A DNA stretch of 64,000 bases from Macrostomum lignano (taxonomy: Eukaryota): contig NIVC01000750.1 in the NCBI GenBank assembly GCA_002269645.1, positions 62,001 to 126,000 on the forward strand. The letters are read 5' to 3'. The position numbers and the translations under genes are program-made. Positions 29,701 through 41,970 of this stretch are shown here, piece by piece. Within the stretch, counting starts at the first letter, position 1. Every line of letters begins with the position of its first letter. The notes beneath the pieces were generated by a model. The model had not been told where the DNA came from. It searched no databases and saw only the letters and a program-made list of their open reading frames with translations.

Positions 29701-30961
29701 GCAGACATGAAACGCTCACCCGAAGCCAGTCCGTCTGGCACTGAGGAAACACATCTATCACTGCTGCTGTGCACTCGGTGAACACGCTGCCTCTCAGCAG
29801 AGCGACGTTCGCGTTCGCCGGCGTCACGCTGAGCACATCGGCCTTGGACAGTCCGGTGTCGAGCACGAGCCAGAAGTAGTTCTGCTGCATCACTGCAGCT
29901 TCACTGGCGAGCCTGAGCACACTGAGAGCATTGCGAGGAGAGGCAAACAGCAGCAGCTTGAACACTTTCTTCTTGACCAGCCGCTTGAGGTGGTGCACCA
30001 GGTCAGGAGTAACAGAAGCGTTGACAGTGTCGTCCACTCGGAATGTGAGACTGCTCACACCGGCAGAGGAGAGGCTGGACTGCAGGTTCTGCAGCATCAG
30101 TGAATCTGAATCAATTTTATGGTTCGTATTTTGTTAATATTTATAGCTAGAAAAAGTGCTACCGTATGAAACATAACCCGAATACCGGAAAAAGTACATA
30201 AAATAAAGATTTTGCAAAACATTCAAACCTTGTTTTTTATCGTAAAGCATGGCGACTTTGTTGAGTTCCGATTCGTCCTTGAATATGCTTGCCGCTGCGC
30301 GCATAATGTCGTGAGAGCTGTGACTGGCTACCACAGTGTATCCTGCTATTTTTTAGGCAAGTTAAGACTGGCCAGCTTATTAATACTGAATAAAATTGTG
30401 AAAAGAACTTTAAAAGACAAGCTGCAGCATACCTTTGCTCAGCCGAGCAGAGTCGCACAGTCCAGTCGGCAGGGCGATCAGCGGCAGCTGCAGAGACTTG
30501 CTCAGTGAGCTCACTTCATCCAGCAGAGAGCAGCTGCCGACGCCAATCAGACCTGACAGGCCGCTCTCCGAGCACACTGCGGAGCGAGACACACAGACAC
30601 ATGCACAGTTTCACAGCTCGCACTCACACTTGCATTCGTGCAATTTATGCTTCAATTGTGTGCATTGATTGAGCAGGTTGAGCAGAGCAGCGATTGAGTC
30701 GCGTAGCAAATGCTTCAACTCACCAGTCCTGACAGCCTGGTGTGAGCTGCACGAGCTCACATTGACATGCACATACGAGAGTGTGTGGCCCTGCAGCACT
30801 CTCCAGTTGTAGTTGACCCGTCTGGCGAAGGCGACGTCGATGAGCGAGCCGTTCAAGTTTCCGGCCTCCGTGATCACGCCGACTGTCAGGTCCAGAGCGG
30901 ATGAGCTGCCCAGATAAACTGAGAAGGCAGTGACTATTGCTAACACGCGTGCAACTGCCAT
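26777..30961 (-). CDS. Divergent ionotropic glutamate receptor-like gene A (ATD-S1-M1-P-M3-S2-M4). Exons include 30961-30724, 30576-30433, 30342-30229, 30105-29720, 29597-29445, 29357-29103, 28970-28864, 28786-28693, 28600-28183, ~28101-27894, ~27799-27632, 27026-26777.
   Basis: DDGNWG..FSGCVGELQRG; GPFTKTSIRDSAIDFSTP; WSAIGSFLQQG; FWW; S2 GTN..CINDY..C; GLMQRLFDFYW..C..ISLEGVSG; M4. Splice phases join into one ORF. Confidence 0.9.
27110..27510 (+). repeat. 18-bp minisatellite (TAGCGTAGCCTAGTGGTC), about 20 copies; each unit contains a Pol III A-box
   Basis: TAGCCTAGTGG fits TRGCNNAGTGG and matches the SINE 5' end. One unit carries GGACTCGCG, also found in the SINE head. Confidence 0.85.
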
Positions 30962-33204
30962 TACTTTGGAGTTAGTTGATTAGTAGCTCGTAGAGTTGAT
31001 TGTATTTGGATTCACATGCAAGGTCTTTTTATATAGGGATATCAGCAGCCAATCAAGTCTAAGTCAGCTACCGTTGGAAATACCTCTCAGGCAGTTTCCA
31101 TCGCTTACTTTATTTTTATATAGCTTGCAAAGATTTTTAAGTTCACTTATCATGCCGATTGGTGTTTTCAGTGATGTAAAAGAGTCTTCCTTAACTTCTT
31201 TTGCAGTTGAATATCAGAAATAACTTTGCCTGTGCACAAATATGTGTGCTTCTGCATGCTGAGGGTTCAGCAGAACCAGTTTGAATGCTTGTATCCTCGG
31301 CGGCTGCGGGATCCCCTGTCACCTGTGATTTGCAACAGTGCTCCAAGCCTTCCTACAGACTAACCAACTTGCACAGAGATCTGGATAAGTAGGCTGCTAA
31401 AAATAATTCATCGCAAAAAACGTGAAAGAGCGTCAAAGTTATTTAGTACTTGTTGACAAAATTTCTCCGCGCATATCTCCTTTTGTAAAGTTAATGAATC
31501 TTAGTATTAGGTAAGAATTGAAACTTTCAAGCACTTGATAGATCGACAGATTTTGCTATTAAATGTGCCACTGATTGACTGGAAGAAATCATTGGGTCAT
31601 TGTAGAAGCAGTTTGCGTCAAATTTTAGCCTAAGCTATTTAAGTGCTGGTGCACTAAATTCGCCAAATTTATCAGTGCAGCACTGAAGCCTGCAACTCTG
31701 GAGAAGAATCATAACGTGTTGTCAACGCCCAATAGAGAACTTTGTTTGAATTTAATTGCATAGATTTATCTGGCGTTGCTCAACTGCATGTAAATTTCCG
31801 CAAGGTTAGGCTAAACATAGCTCTACAGCCACGCCCAAGCAGGCAGTTAAAGCATCGAAGGCATTCGGCTGTCTATAGGAAATTTAATCGCTGATTTAAA
31901 CAGATACTGCTGATGACATCAGCTCAACCTCCTGCTGCTAATGAAGCTGACTGTTTTTTTACTTCATTAGTTTTCCCTGTTCGTACTGCCTGACCTGACT
32001 TTGATAATAGGGCCTGTCCCGTGTGGTGTCCCTTAGACGCTATGTCTCTTGTGCTGATGATATACCCTAAAAGAACGTTTTTTCGGAGCTTGTTTTGTGC
32101 ATTCGAGTGCAACAGCAGAATAGGTTCTGCTCTGATTTCTACACATTAATTGCTAGATTTTATTTTATATAATCCATAATGCAAATGCTATAGGATTACA
32201 GACCAGCTGCCAAAGTCTTCCGATCGAACTATAAATTGACTCGATTCCGAAATGCAGTCTAAATTGTGTGCCTTCGAGTTTAGAGAACGGTCTCAAAGCT
32301 CGGGGGCCACTTTTGAGATAGAAAATGTTTGGTTAAGCAAGTTGGTAGCTTTAACGTCATCTTATATTGAGTTCTCAGTCATTGTTTAGTTATACTTTTT
32401 GGAGTGCCACCATACACTTTCTAATTATGGTTCTCTAGAAGTTCTTTTGAGGTAATCTTTACCGTCAGTGACTTATAATTCAATGATTATTGATAATTTT
32501 TTCAACCAGACAGTAGGATTCTACATGGACTAAGAGAAAAACATGGCACAAAACCGTGAAGCTGGTCAGAGAAGATGTATCCCTGACACTGACTTAGTGG
32601 GTGGATGAGGCTTTACATATCCTTCTATCTTAAAACTAGAATTTCGGGACAGTAAACGCTTGACCGATATTTGGCCTTCCGATGATGGTAAAATGCGCAG
32701 CATCTTGCACGTTATTTGGGGGGGGGGGGTAGTAGAAAGTGAAGTTAACTTCTGTTCGACTATAGTTGGTACTTTTATAGTGCTTCCCGTGATGAATTTC
32801 AGCAAGAAATCTCTGACAAAGTTTCAAATTAAAAAATCTTACTGCTGAGGATCAAGTATTTTACCTACTGACTCGAGAAGATTGAGACACAATGGAAGTT
32901 CTAGCAATATTCTTCGAAGATATGATAAAATCCAGAATGCAACTTCCCTTAGATTTCAACTTCTCAATCATTATGTAGAAAAATTATTTCTGTCTCGTGG
33001 TGCACTTAATAGTCAAAATAATTCAAATGATATTATGAAATATGCAATCAACACCCTCGAAGTGCAAATTTAATAAACATAATATAAGCTGCTTCCAGTA
33101 AACTGAAAATGTTGATGTTAAAGCACGTTCTAACTACGCAGTGCAAAGTTATTATCTAATGTTGGATTTGTCGTCCAAACGTAGCCTAATATTTGAAATT
33201 TTAA

Positions 33205-36200
33205 TCAATAGAAGAAGCAATCCAGCGGCTGCCTCTTAGCCAGCTTAGTCCAGACAAGCTCTACCAATAGAATCAGCAGTCCCAGGCCGTAGAAGCAGAG
33301 AGTCGCTATGAAGCACCCACCAGCGCTCTCCAGGCTTATAGCGTCGGTTTCGGCAGAGCTGCCAACAGAGCAGACTGAGTCGCTGGACCAGTAGAGCTGG
33401 AACCAGCGCTGCAGTTGGCCAGTTTCGTGCAGTTTCTGCATGCTGCAAATAGAGTTAAACAGAATTCGGAACATGTTCTTCATTTGGTACTACTGAACAG
33501 TAGGATCACCTAAGCAGAGTCCTAGGTTCACCTAGCGAATGTCAATGTTTTCCTCGTTACATCTGAGTGGATTTTTTGTCCTAAAATATTTGTGCCTTTC
33601 TCTGCGCGTAACCATTTTCTAATAGGAATCGAAACAGCAAGGAGTAAAAAGTGAGTTTATGCTCCCGACTCTCTACTTTTTAAGGAAGATTGAAACTCAC
33701 TGGAAGTTGAACAGTTCCGCATAAAACGCGTCATCTGGTAGCATCAAAGCAATTGGCGCAGTTAAAAACAATTCTTCGGCCAGGTAAAATTGAGTACAAT
33801 TCTTTCTGGCTATGTTTAGCAGGTAAGTGTAGTCCGTGAGGCAGGCCTGGTTAGGATTTGGCGGCTAAAAATGGGATCGAAAATTACCAGATTAGTATGA
33901 CAAACTGCTTCGTAGGTTATTTACGATGGCTGAGTAATTGACGACAGTAAGCTGGAATTCAAGTCAATTTGAGCTCATGAAAGTGAGATCTCGTTAATAT
34001 TGTGCTCGGATTTACTTTACCGTGCCCCCTGTTCCTGCTACACCGATACAAGCGTCAAACAATGCAATACAATGATCGAGTCGCTCACATCTGTCGGACA
34101 GTCATCGTACGGCCCCAATTCAACCATACTCTCGGTGATTTTCTTGTAGACGCCAGATTCCGCGTTCAAAAGCAGAGTGTGCAGACTTGTACCAGCAATT
34201 ACGTAGGGTCTGATTTCTGTTTGTCCTGTCAAATCGTCCAGGGTCTTGATGGGATAGTGCGTCACAGTCACCGTCAGGTGGGCCGTCAGGTCGCCTGAAA
34301 TGACGCGAAGAAGATTCACTGCGGTTCATTTTTCGTTTTCTTTTAGTACGTTTTGTTCTGATTGAAAATAGAATTGAAGTTTTGGTAGACGATCATTTTT
34401 TATTTTGCACTTTCGTCTAGTAGAGAATTTTCAATGAGTCTGCTCTCCAAGGGAAACATTTTTTCTTTTTCCTTTTAAAGCTGTCGCAGATCAAATGGAC
34501 GCTGGTGTCACTTCAAATTTCCGTATCAGTCGTACTTGGTACATCGTTGTTGTAGGGGCGCCCACCAAGAGACAGGGGCGCCTACCAAAACACCAAATAT
34601 TGGCCCCTTTGTGTTACGCTCCCCCTACAATTAAAACTCTGCACACGCCATCGCTTTGAGCATAAAAGTGCCTATTGGTGAGTTTGTGGTTCAAACTAGC
34701 TCTGTAAAGCTATAGCTAACGATTTGTGTTTGACTACTGCAAAGTCGTTTTGTAATAACTGATCAAGCCGTCTCACCATTGAATGCGCCACAAATAATCA
34801 CGGAAAGCAGCCACCAGAACGCCATGGCTGTTCTAGACGACATTGCAAACGGATAGAAGTCTTGGCCCTGTTGCAGAAAGCTGCCTATCGCACTCCACAG
34901 GTACTCTTGAAGCCAGACTTCATCAGCTATGGCAAACTCAAGATTCAAGTTGTAGGCTGTAAACGGTGAAAAATAGGCCAGGACCCAAGTGGCAAAGGTG
35001 GTGACAAACAGAGCTGCAACTATAAAAAGCCAGACGCTCATAGTGAAAGGTGAGAAAACTCTCCATAGTTTAGACTCTGGAGCCGGCCTCGGCAATAAAA
35101 TAGCGTTCGATTCTTCAAACAGAGGAACGGAGAAGTCAATGACCTCGTCACGCGCTGCGGTGATGGTAAACGGACCGGCAGCGACTGAAACTTCCTGTAA
35201 ATCGTTCCAATTGAAGTGCGCTGTGCATTATCTTTTATTTAGTCTATGGCGGAAGGCTTTAGACAACTGCAATCAAGGCGACAATGTCCGTCAGGCGGCC
35301 ATGCAGTCAAGCCCATTTGCTGACACCTGAGCACACACGTGCACACAGATACGACATACTCTGCTCCTCAGGGTATTACCCCCATGTGCTGGGCAAGAAT
35401 CGCCCCAAGCACCAGGCCAGTTTTCTTTTGGACGAGCCTCAAATTAATGTGGCCGAGCAAGGAATCAAACCTGGGCACTCTGTCACGAGAGTCAGGGGCG
35501 TTGCATACTCTTGGTAATTGGGGGGAAAGTACTATTGAATTCGTAAACAGTGGCAAAACTACTGTTAATAGCGATATGCGCTCAAGACGACACACAAATC
35601 TTGTAAGCGTTCTACGTTGTATATGAGATCTGGCCTCTGTGAATAAATTACGAAGCTGCTGCAGACGTTAGTAGCAATAAAAAATCATGTGAAATTTATC
35701 GATTAAGGTCATAAAAGCCTTCGGTCACCTACTCACCCCTCTCTGCAACTCGCCAACGCATCCGTTAAAGTAGGTTGAGTTGACTTCAGGGGAGCCCCAG
35801 TTTCCGTCTGTCGAATCTTTCGTTAAAAATCTTCAACGTTTCGTCATAATAAAATTAGTACATGTACTTATAAAAACGAGAAAAAGTACGAATGTAAGAA
35901 TTATATCACCATACCGAAAGTCTAACTGCGTTGAGAAGTATTCAAGGATGCTCAAAGTCATTCCGCTGATTATTACTGTCTTGTTAGGAAACTTCTCGAC
36001 AAATACAGTCATTGGAGCGCTCTGTATGTTATTGTAGGTTATTGGTGAAACGTAAGTACGATTTTACGAGTACGTTCCTAAAAATTTATTCACAAAGTAA
36101 AGGCACAAACCTCGGGAGAGCAGACAATGATGGTCTGGTTCTTGAAACCCATGAAGGTGTTCGGGAATGCCAAACTGACTCCCTTGTAGCGGAACAGCTT

Positions 36201-37971
36201 GCTCAAAGCTCCGCTCGATGCATCGAACTGAGCCGACCTCAGCATCGAGACCGGAGACGACCACAGCTCATTGTAGGACGCGACCACTTCGACTCGTTGC
36301 GAGCTGAAGTGTCTGGTCGAGCTGTTGAACGAGATCAGGCCTCGCTGAGTGTCATAGTCGCTGATCTGCACATCGAGTAGGGATTGGGGAGAGACCAGCT
36401 CGAAACTAGTAATGCTTGTCAATGCTAGCTCGTAGCTAGTGAGCTCACTCACACTCATGAGTCTGTTGAGCACAGTCGAGCCCGATGTCCAGTGGCGCAG
36501 TGGCGCACACGAGGCGTTGCCGGGAAGGAATCCCGGATCCAGCAGCGAGTCATTGAGCGCCTTGGCCATGGCTTCTACGGCGTCTACGAAGCGAGCGTCC
36601 AGAGTCTGTCGAGTGCGAGATCGAGTGCGAGATCGAGTGCGACAGTGGCATGCGTTGCACACGTGCGGAGCTGCATTATGAATCCCTGCAGCCATCAAGC
36701 AGCACACATGAAACGCTCACCCGAAGCCAGTCCGTCTGGCACTGAGGAAACACATCCATCACTGCTGCTGTGCACTCGGTGAACACGCTGCCTCTCAGCA
36801 GAGCGACGTTCGCGTTCGCCGGCGTCACGCTGAGCACATCGGCCTTGGACAGTCCGGTGTCGAGCACGAGCCAGAAGTAGTTCTGCTGCATCACTGCAGC
36901 TTCTCTGGCGAGCCTGAGCACACTGAGAGCATTGCGAGGAGAGGCGAGCAGCAGCAGCTTGAACACTTTCTTCTTGACCAGCCGCTTGAGGTGGTGCACC
37001 AGGTCAGGAGTAACAGAAGCGTTGACAGTGTCGTCCACTCGGAATGTGAGACTGCTCACACCGGCAGAGGAGAGACTGGACTGCAGGTTCTGCAGCACTG
37101 TTGTGCCTGCAGTGACCAAATGCAGACTTGAATCATCGTGGGAGTACAATCACGTGCACAAGTGTGTATTTAGATAAAAATGATGTCTGATTATACAACG
37201 AAAATGCGAACGTCGTATTTTACTTTATTCACAGCACTCACTTTGCAGACCATCGTAGAAAACTGCCACACTGCTAATTATGGAATCCGAGGTAACAATG
37301 GAGGCAGCTGCAGCGACGATGTTTTCTGAGCTGTGGCTGCCCACGATTGTCATGTCTGCAATTCCGCGTGATTTTTACTTCAAAACCAGACATCTAGAGA
37401 AATGGTAAAAAGACACCAGACATCCATCTCTGTTACCTTTGCTCAGCCGAGCAGAGTCGCACAGTCCAGTCGGCAGGGCGATCAGCGGCAGCTGCAGAGA
37501 CTTGCTCAGTGAGCTCACTTCATCCAGCAGAGAGCAGCTGCCGACGCCAATCAGACATGACAGGCCGCTCTCCGAGCACACTGCGGAGCGAGACACACAG
37601 ACACATGCACAGTTTCACAGCTCGCACTCACACTTGCATTCGTGCAATTCATGCTTCAATTGTGTGCATTGATTGAGCAGGTTGAACAGAGCAGCGATTG
37701 AGTCGCGTAGCAAATGCTTCAACTCACCAGTCCTGACAGCCTGGTGTGAGCTGCACGAGCTCACATTGACATGCACATATGAGAGTGTGTGGCCCTGCAG
37801 CACTCTCCAGTTGTAGTTGACCCGTCTGGCGAAGGCGACGTCGATGAGCGAGCTGTTCACGCTTCCGGCCTCCGTGATCACACCGACTGTCAGGTCCAGG
37901 GCGGATGAGCAGCCGACTATTACTAACCAGTAAACAAAGGCTACTTCTTTTACTGTCTTTGATGTTGTCAT
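33205..37971 (-). CDS. Divergent ionotropic glutamate receptor-like gene B, tandem paralog of A with the same exon structure
   Basis: SP MTTSKTVKEVAFVYWLVIVGCSSA; TDGNWG..FNGCVGELQRG; GPFTITAARDEVIDFSVP; WSAIGSFLQQG; GAFNGDLTAHLT; GTS..CLTDY; GQLQRWFQLYW; M4. Every exon of A has a counterpart. Confidence 0.9.
35330..35510 (-). mobile_element. Possible second, decayed tRNA-derived SINE family (related segment at ~19310-19465)
   Basis: Minus strand GACTCTCGTGACAGAGTGCCCAGGTTTGATTCC is B-box-like. The CCTGAGCACACA end motif is shared, in opposite orientation, with 19445-19462. Confidence 0.3.
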
Positions 37972-38869
37972 CCTGACAAATAGTTTCAATGCAATAAGCT
38001 CAATGAGGTCTGCATCATTTGTAAGAAATGGCGGTGCGCGGATTCAAATCAGCCAAAGAAAGTTTGGTTTTTATAAATACATGCTCGTTCTAAGTCTGCA
38101 TAAGCTTAAGTTAAATGGCACTCATGGGCTGCGGTAATTCCTTTTGTGTTTCTGCTCAATAATGCCACCTATAAATAAGTCGTTCCTTCAGGCGCTCAGT
38201 AACAGTTGCCTAGAGCTTGAATCAGATGAAAGACGACTGGTTTACCGTTTTATAGTTTCTCGTAGGGAGAGCTGGTAATTATCGCTCGATAAGCCCAACC
38301 AGGCGATATCTGTGGAATCTATGGAACTTGTATGATTTGAAACAATATTTTTGCTTGAGGCCTTGCTTGCAGCTTGTCAGATTTCTTAGAATTCATCATA
38401 GGTCTGTGAATAAATGTTGACATTCATATTCCATTTTCTCCGGAACACGGGTCGGTATCGCTCTTGGCAATGTGAATATAAATTGAGTTCTCTGTTAACT
38501 AAGGCTCTACATTACTTCAGCACTTGGTCAATAAAATCGAGAACCAATGGCAACTTAGCCACTAGAGGCGGCACATTGAGTGCTCTTCAACCAGATTGAT
38601 GAAATGTTTCCTGCCTTCCTAGTTCGCCAGATCATAAAAAGCTTTACATATACCTTGCATGTTTTCTTATAAACCATTGTTGATACTCGTAGCGAGTGAC
38701 ACAAGGGTGCCGCCAAGGACTACAAGTAGAAGGACGCAAGGCTCAGAATTGGAGAAAATTTGATTGGAGGCCGATTTTTTAATGTATCTCCACGCTACGA
38801 GCGTATTGATCGTAAGATGCTTATTTTGTCGCAGAATATGCAGTACCATATGCTGTTTCATTTAAGACA

Positions 38870-40240
38870 TCAATAAAAGTTGAATAATTCGGAATTTAAC
38901 AGTTTAAAATGCGTGTCAACAGTACAGTCATGTATCAGATGCTGAAAATTTTCATATTGATCTACAGAAGTAGGCCCAGAAGTAGTTCGCAGGGTAGTAA
39001 GTGCAACTCTGTATCTAGCTATATATAATAAAATCAAATAAGGATATATTATAAAAAGATTAAAATGCTGCACCTGTTGTACACCAGTCGATAATACCTA
39101 GCTGTATCTTGCAACAATTATAAAGCATGTAACTACTTCTATTTCGGCTATGCAAGCCATTGCGAAAATCGGCCTCCAACGAATTTTCCACGAAATTTGA
39201 GTCTTGCGTCTTATATATACGTTACTTTAGTCGTCCTTGGGTCCCGCAACACCGAGAGAGGCATGTGGCTCACAGGTATAAAAGCTTTTTCCCATTCCCA
39301 CCCTTTATCCAAAAGCTTAAATTATGACCAAAAGCAAATTATTCGTATTTCGCTTCAGGACGCCATACTGTCGCAGTATGGCGTCAATCGGTGCAGTGGA
39401 AAACTTTTCAGTGTCATTAACTAGCAATCAGCACCCCCCGTTACGAATTCGAATTCAAAATATTGTCCGACCGTATGTCCAGAGAAAAGAACCAGTGCCC
39501 ATGGGCCCTGAGTTGGGCCTTACGGAGTGTGAGTACCAAAAATACAGACACTTTACATGTCAAATATTAAAAGCAGCGTCGTATATCATGCAGACTTCAT
39601 TATTTGGGCGAAATCCAGATCAGGTTATGAGATTCAAATAAGAAATCTACGTGTAGCAGCTACATGTACTTTTACTTGTGAGTTTGCGCTTTCGGCATCG
39701 GGTTGAGGCGAAATGCAAACATTATCTTGGAAACCTGCAAACTCTGATATTTACTCGTATGTTCCCGTTTTCTGACCCTGTCGACGTCTTCATTATACGT
39801 AGTTACATGGATTCGTTGCCTAAAGGTGAAGGCAGGGACCCTGCGAACTACTGTGGTGGCTCACGAGGGGATCGAATTGCTGAGATTTCAGAGGTGCAAT
39901 AGCAGGTGTTAGCAATCCAGTCGGTAGGGAAGCTTTAGGTTCCTTACTGAGGATCTTGTTGAATAGTTGGCATAGTGCTTCTGAGAAGTCTTCTCCAAAT
40001 GGAGAAGTGTTTCGACATCTACGGCTCGTAGCTACATGATGCACATGTATATTTTGTCTTAATTTGCCAGGTGCTTTGCTAGTTTTAAATTTTCTATGCG
40101 TTTCATTATTTCTTCTGATGTGAAAGGAGAGTTGAAGGCATACAATATGCAATATTGAGAAATTTAGCGTTGTCAAGATGGAAGCTGTTGTTGTTAGTTT
40201 TGATGTCTTTTTTGCTTCGTTTAGTTGGTACATGTACATA
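38870..40240 (-). mobile_element. Highly decayed non-LTR reverse-transcriptase remnants
   Basis: KTSKAPG..LCQLFNKIL..AIAPLK (40240-39860) and PANY..PTSV..FQHLIHD (38990-38870) resemble LINE RT domains 0-2; many stops and frameshifts. Confidence 0.35.
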
Positions 40241-41373
40241 TGTAAGTTTTGGAAGTGTAATTTAAGTTTTCTTCAATTTGTATGCCATGAGTTTGTTTGA
40301 CTAATATATAATTAATACATGTGTAGTAGGCTTTATGAGATTCCATAGTTCCTTTGCTTTAATTAAGAAAAGCTTGGTTTATTAGGTTTTCCTTGCCTAG
40401 TACAGCTTCGTATTGATCCGCTGTATGATGCTTTTCTCGTAAGATTTCCTTAGGACCCTCTTTTGATTAGGTTGCTGTCGATCGCGGTTGTGTTAAAATG
40501 TAAAGTTTGAACAGCTTCGATCCTCTGGAGGCATGCTTGAATGCATTTTAAAGCAATTAATTCTTAGGTGGGAGGCGTTTAACTGAAGCGAATTTTTTTT
40601 TAGTAAAAGTTTTCGCAGTAGCTCAGTGCTGATATTATTCGTTGCAATTTTTCAATATCATCAGGTTCAGTCAGCTTTTTGGTGTTTTAGTTTGTGTATC
40701 ATTTTTTCAGGAATTAGGAAAATTTATTTGATTTAGAAGTGGGCAAAGTGCTATACGTGCCTAAGCAGTACCGGGCAACGTAATATTTTTTTTACATTTA
40801 CTGTAAAAACGTACAGGTATATATATTTTTTGCAAGATTAAAAACAGGGGGTAGAGCGAAAATGTTCACACTTTACTTTAATTTTTTCTTTGAATTTTAA
40901 CAGTTTTTTTATTTTAAAATAGAAATAAACTGAACAATGTAATACCGGACAATTCGATGCCAAACATTCAGTCTCATAAACTTCGCAGGTATCATGTCAC
41001 TTCGAAGGCTGGTTGTATTGTATGCTGAAGTGTTACTGTCTTTGGTTTAATTTAATTTGATGCTTTTAAAAGTGGCATAAATCTAGATAAAAAATATGTA
41101 AATGGTATGTAACTCGTTTGCTATACCACTTTTTTTAGTTTGAACTAGTCAATTGTTTCGTTTTCTACGAAACTTGTTTTTATAAATCTTCCGTAAACAG
41201 CTGGACTACATTACATATAGATAGAGAAATCGCATACTTTAATGACTTAACACTTCTAGATTGAAGTGTTTTATCTTAGATTGACAGGGCAAACAGAATA
41301 TTCGTTTTCAGTATTAACATCAGTACATGCATACGCCCCTTTTATTCAACATTATTTCATACGAAATTAAGAA

Positions 41374-41767
41374 CGAAGAGCTTGCGTGCACGGCAGCCGT
41401 TCACGTAAGCTCAGAATTGCGTGCACGGCGGCTATCTACCTAGTGCTTTATTTGCATGTATGCAGCCGTACACCTAGTGTTGTAATTGCGTGCACGGCAG
41501 CCGGCAATTGGCCGGGACTGGGGCCCTTAAATCCACGCATTGGCATTGGCAAACCTAATTAAAAAATATTTTTACTATATTGTTTTATAATGTTTTATCC
41601 CCCGTACACCATGGACTGCAAATGTAATCTTAATTCATTGTTTTTTTGTTAACTTGAATATTAATTCGAATAGTATATGACTTACTGTATAAGCCTATAA
41701 GATATAGCTCTGCCGTGCACGCAATTCTGAGCTTACGTGAACGGCGGCCGTGCACGCAAGCTCTTTG
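41374..41767. mobile_element. 394-bp MITE with ~58-bp TIRs and 9-bp TSD (Mutator-type)
   Basis: TIR C(G/A)AAGAGCTTGCGTGCACGG..CCGTTCACGTAAGCTCAGAATTGCGTGCACGGC; AATTAAGAA at 41365-41373 and 41768-41776. Confidence 0.85.
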
Positions 41768-41970
41768 AATTAAGAAATAGGCAAATAGCTAGGTCTATAG
41801 CTGGCTAAGCCTAAATAAAAAAAGTTATAATTATCAGTCTTATAGACTCTTGTCTTGTGATTGTCTCTTGCCTTTTGTTTTTTGTAAAAATGGTCACAAG
41901 CCTTAATGGCAAATTTGTATTAAAAAATAGCAAAAATACATAGTATAAAAAAGTTGGTTAGGCCTAGGTT

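Noticed and set aside
32560-32850. Possible decayed integrase H-H segment (LAEIHHGKH..FYYP)
   Set aside because: Too degenerate; no CxxC or DDE motif could be confirmed by eye.
36595-36680. Apparent 7-nt frameshift making iGluR-B a pseudogene
   Set aside because: The indel lies in an intron when the acceptor cgacag|ACTCTGGAC is used; this restores DWLR-TLDARFVDAV in both paralogs.
38975-39855. Inverted CCCTGCGAACTAC (PANY) match at ~38985 and ~39840, suggesting an inversion in the LINE remnant
   Set aside because: Only ~13 bp, and the intervening sequence shows no clear RT homology on either strand.
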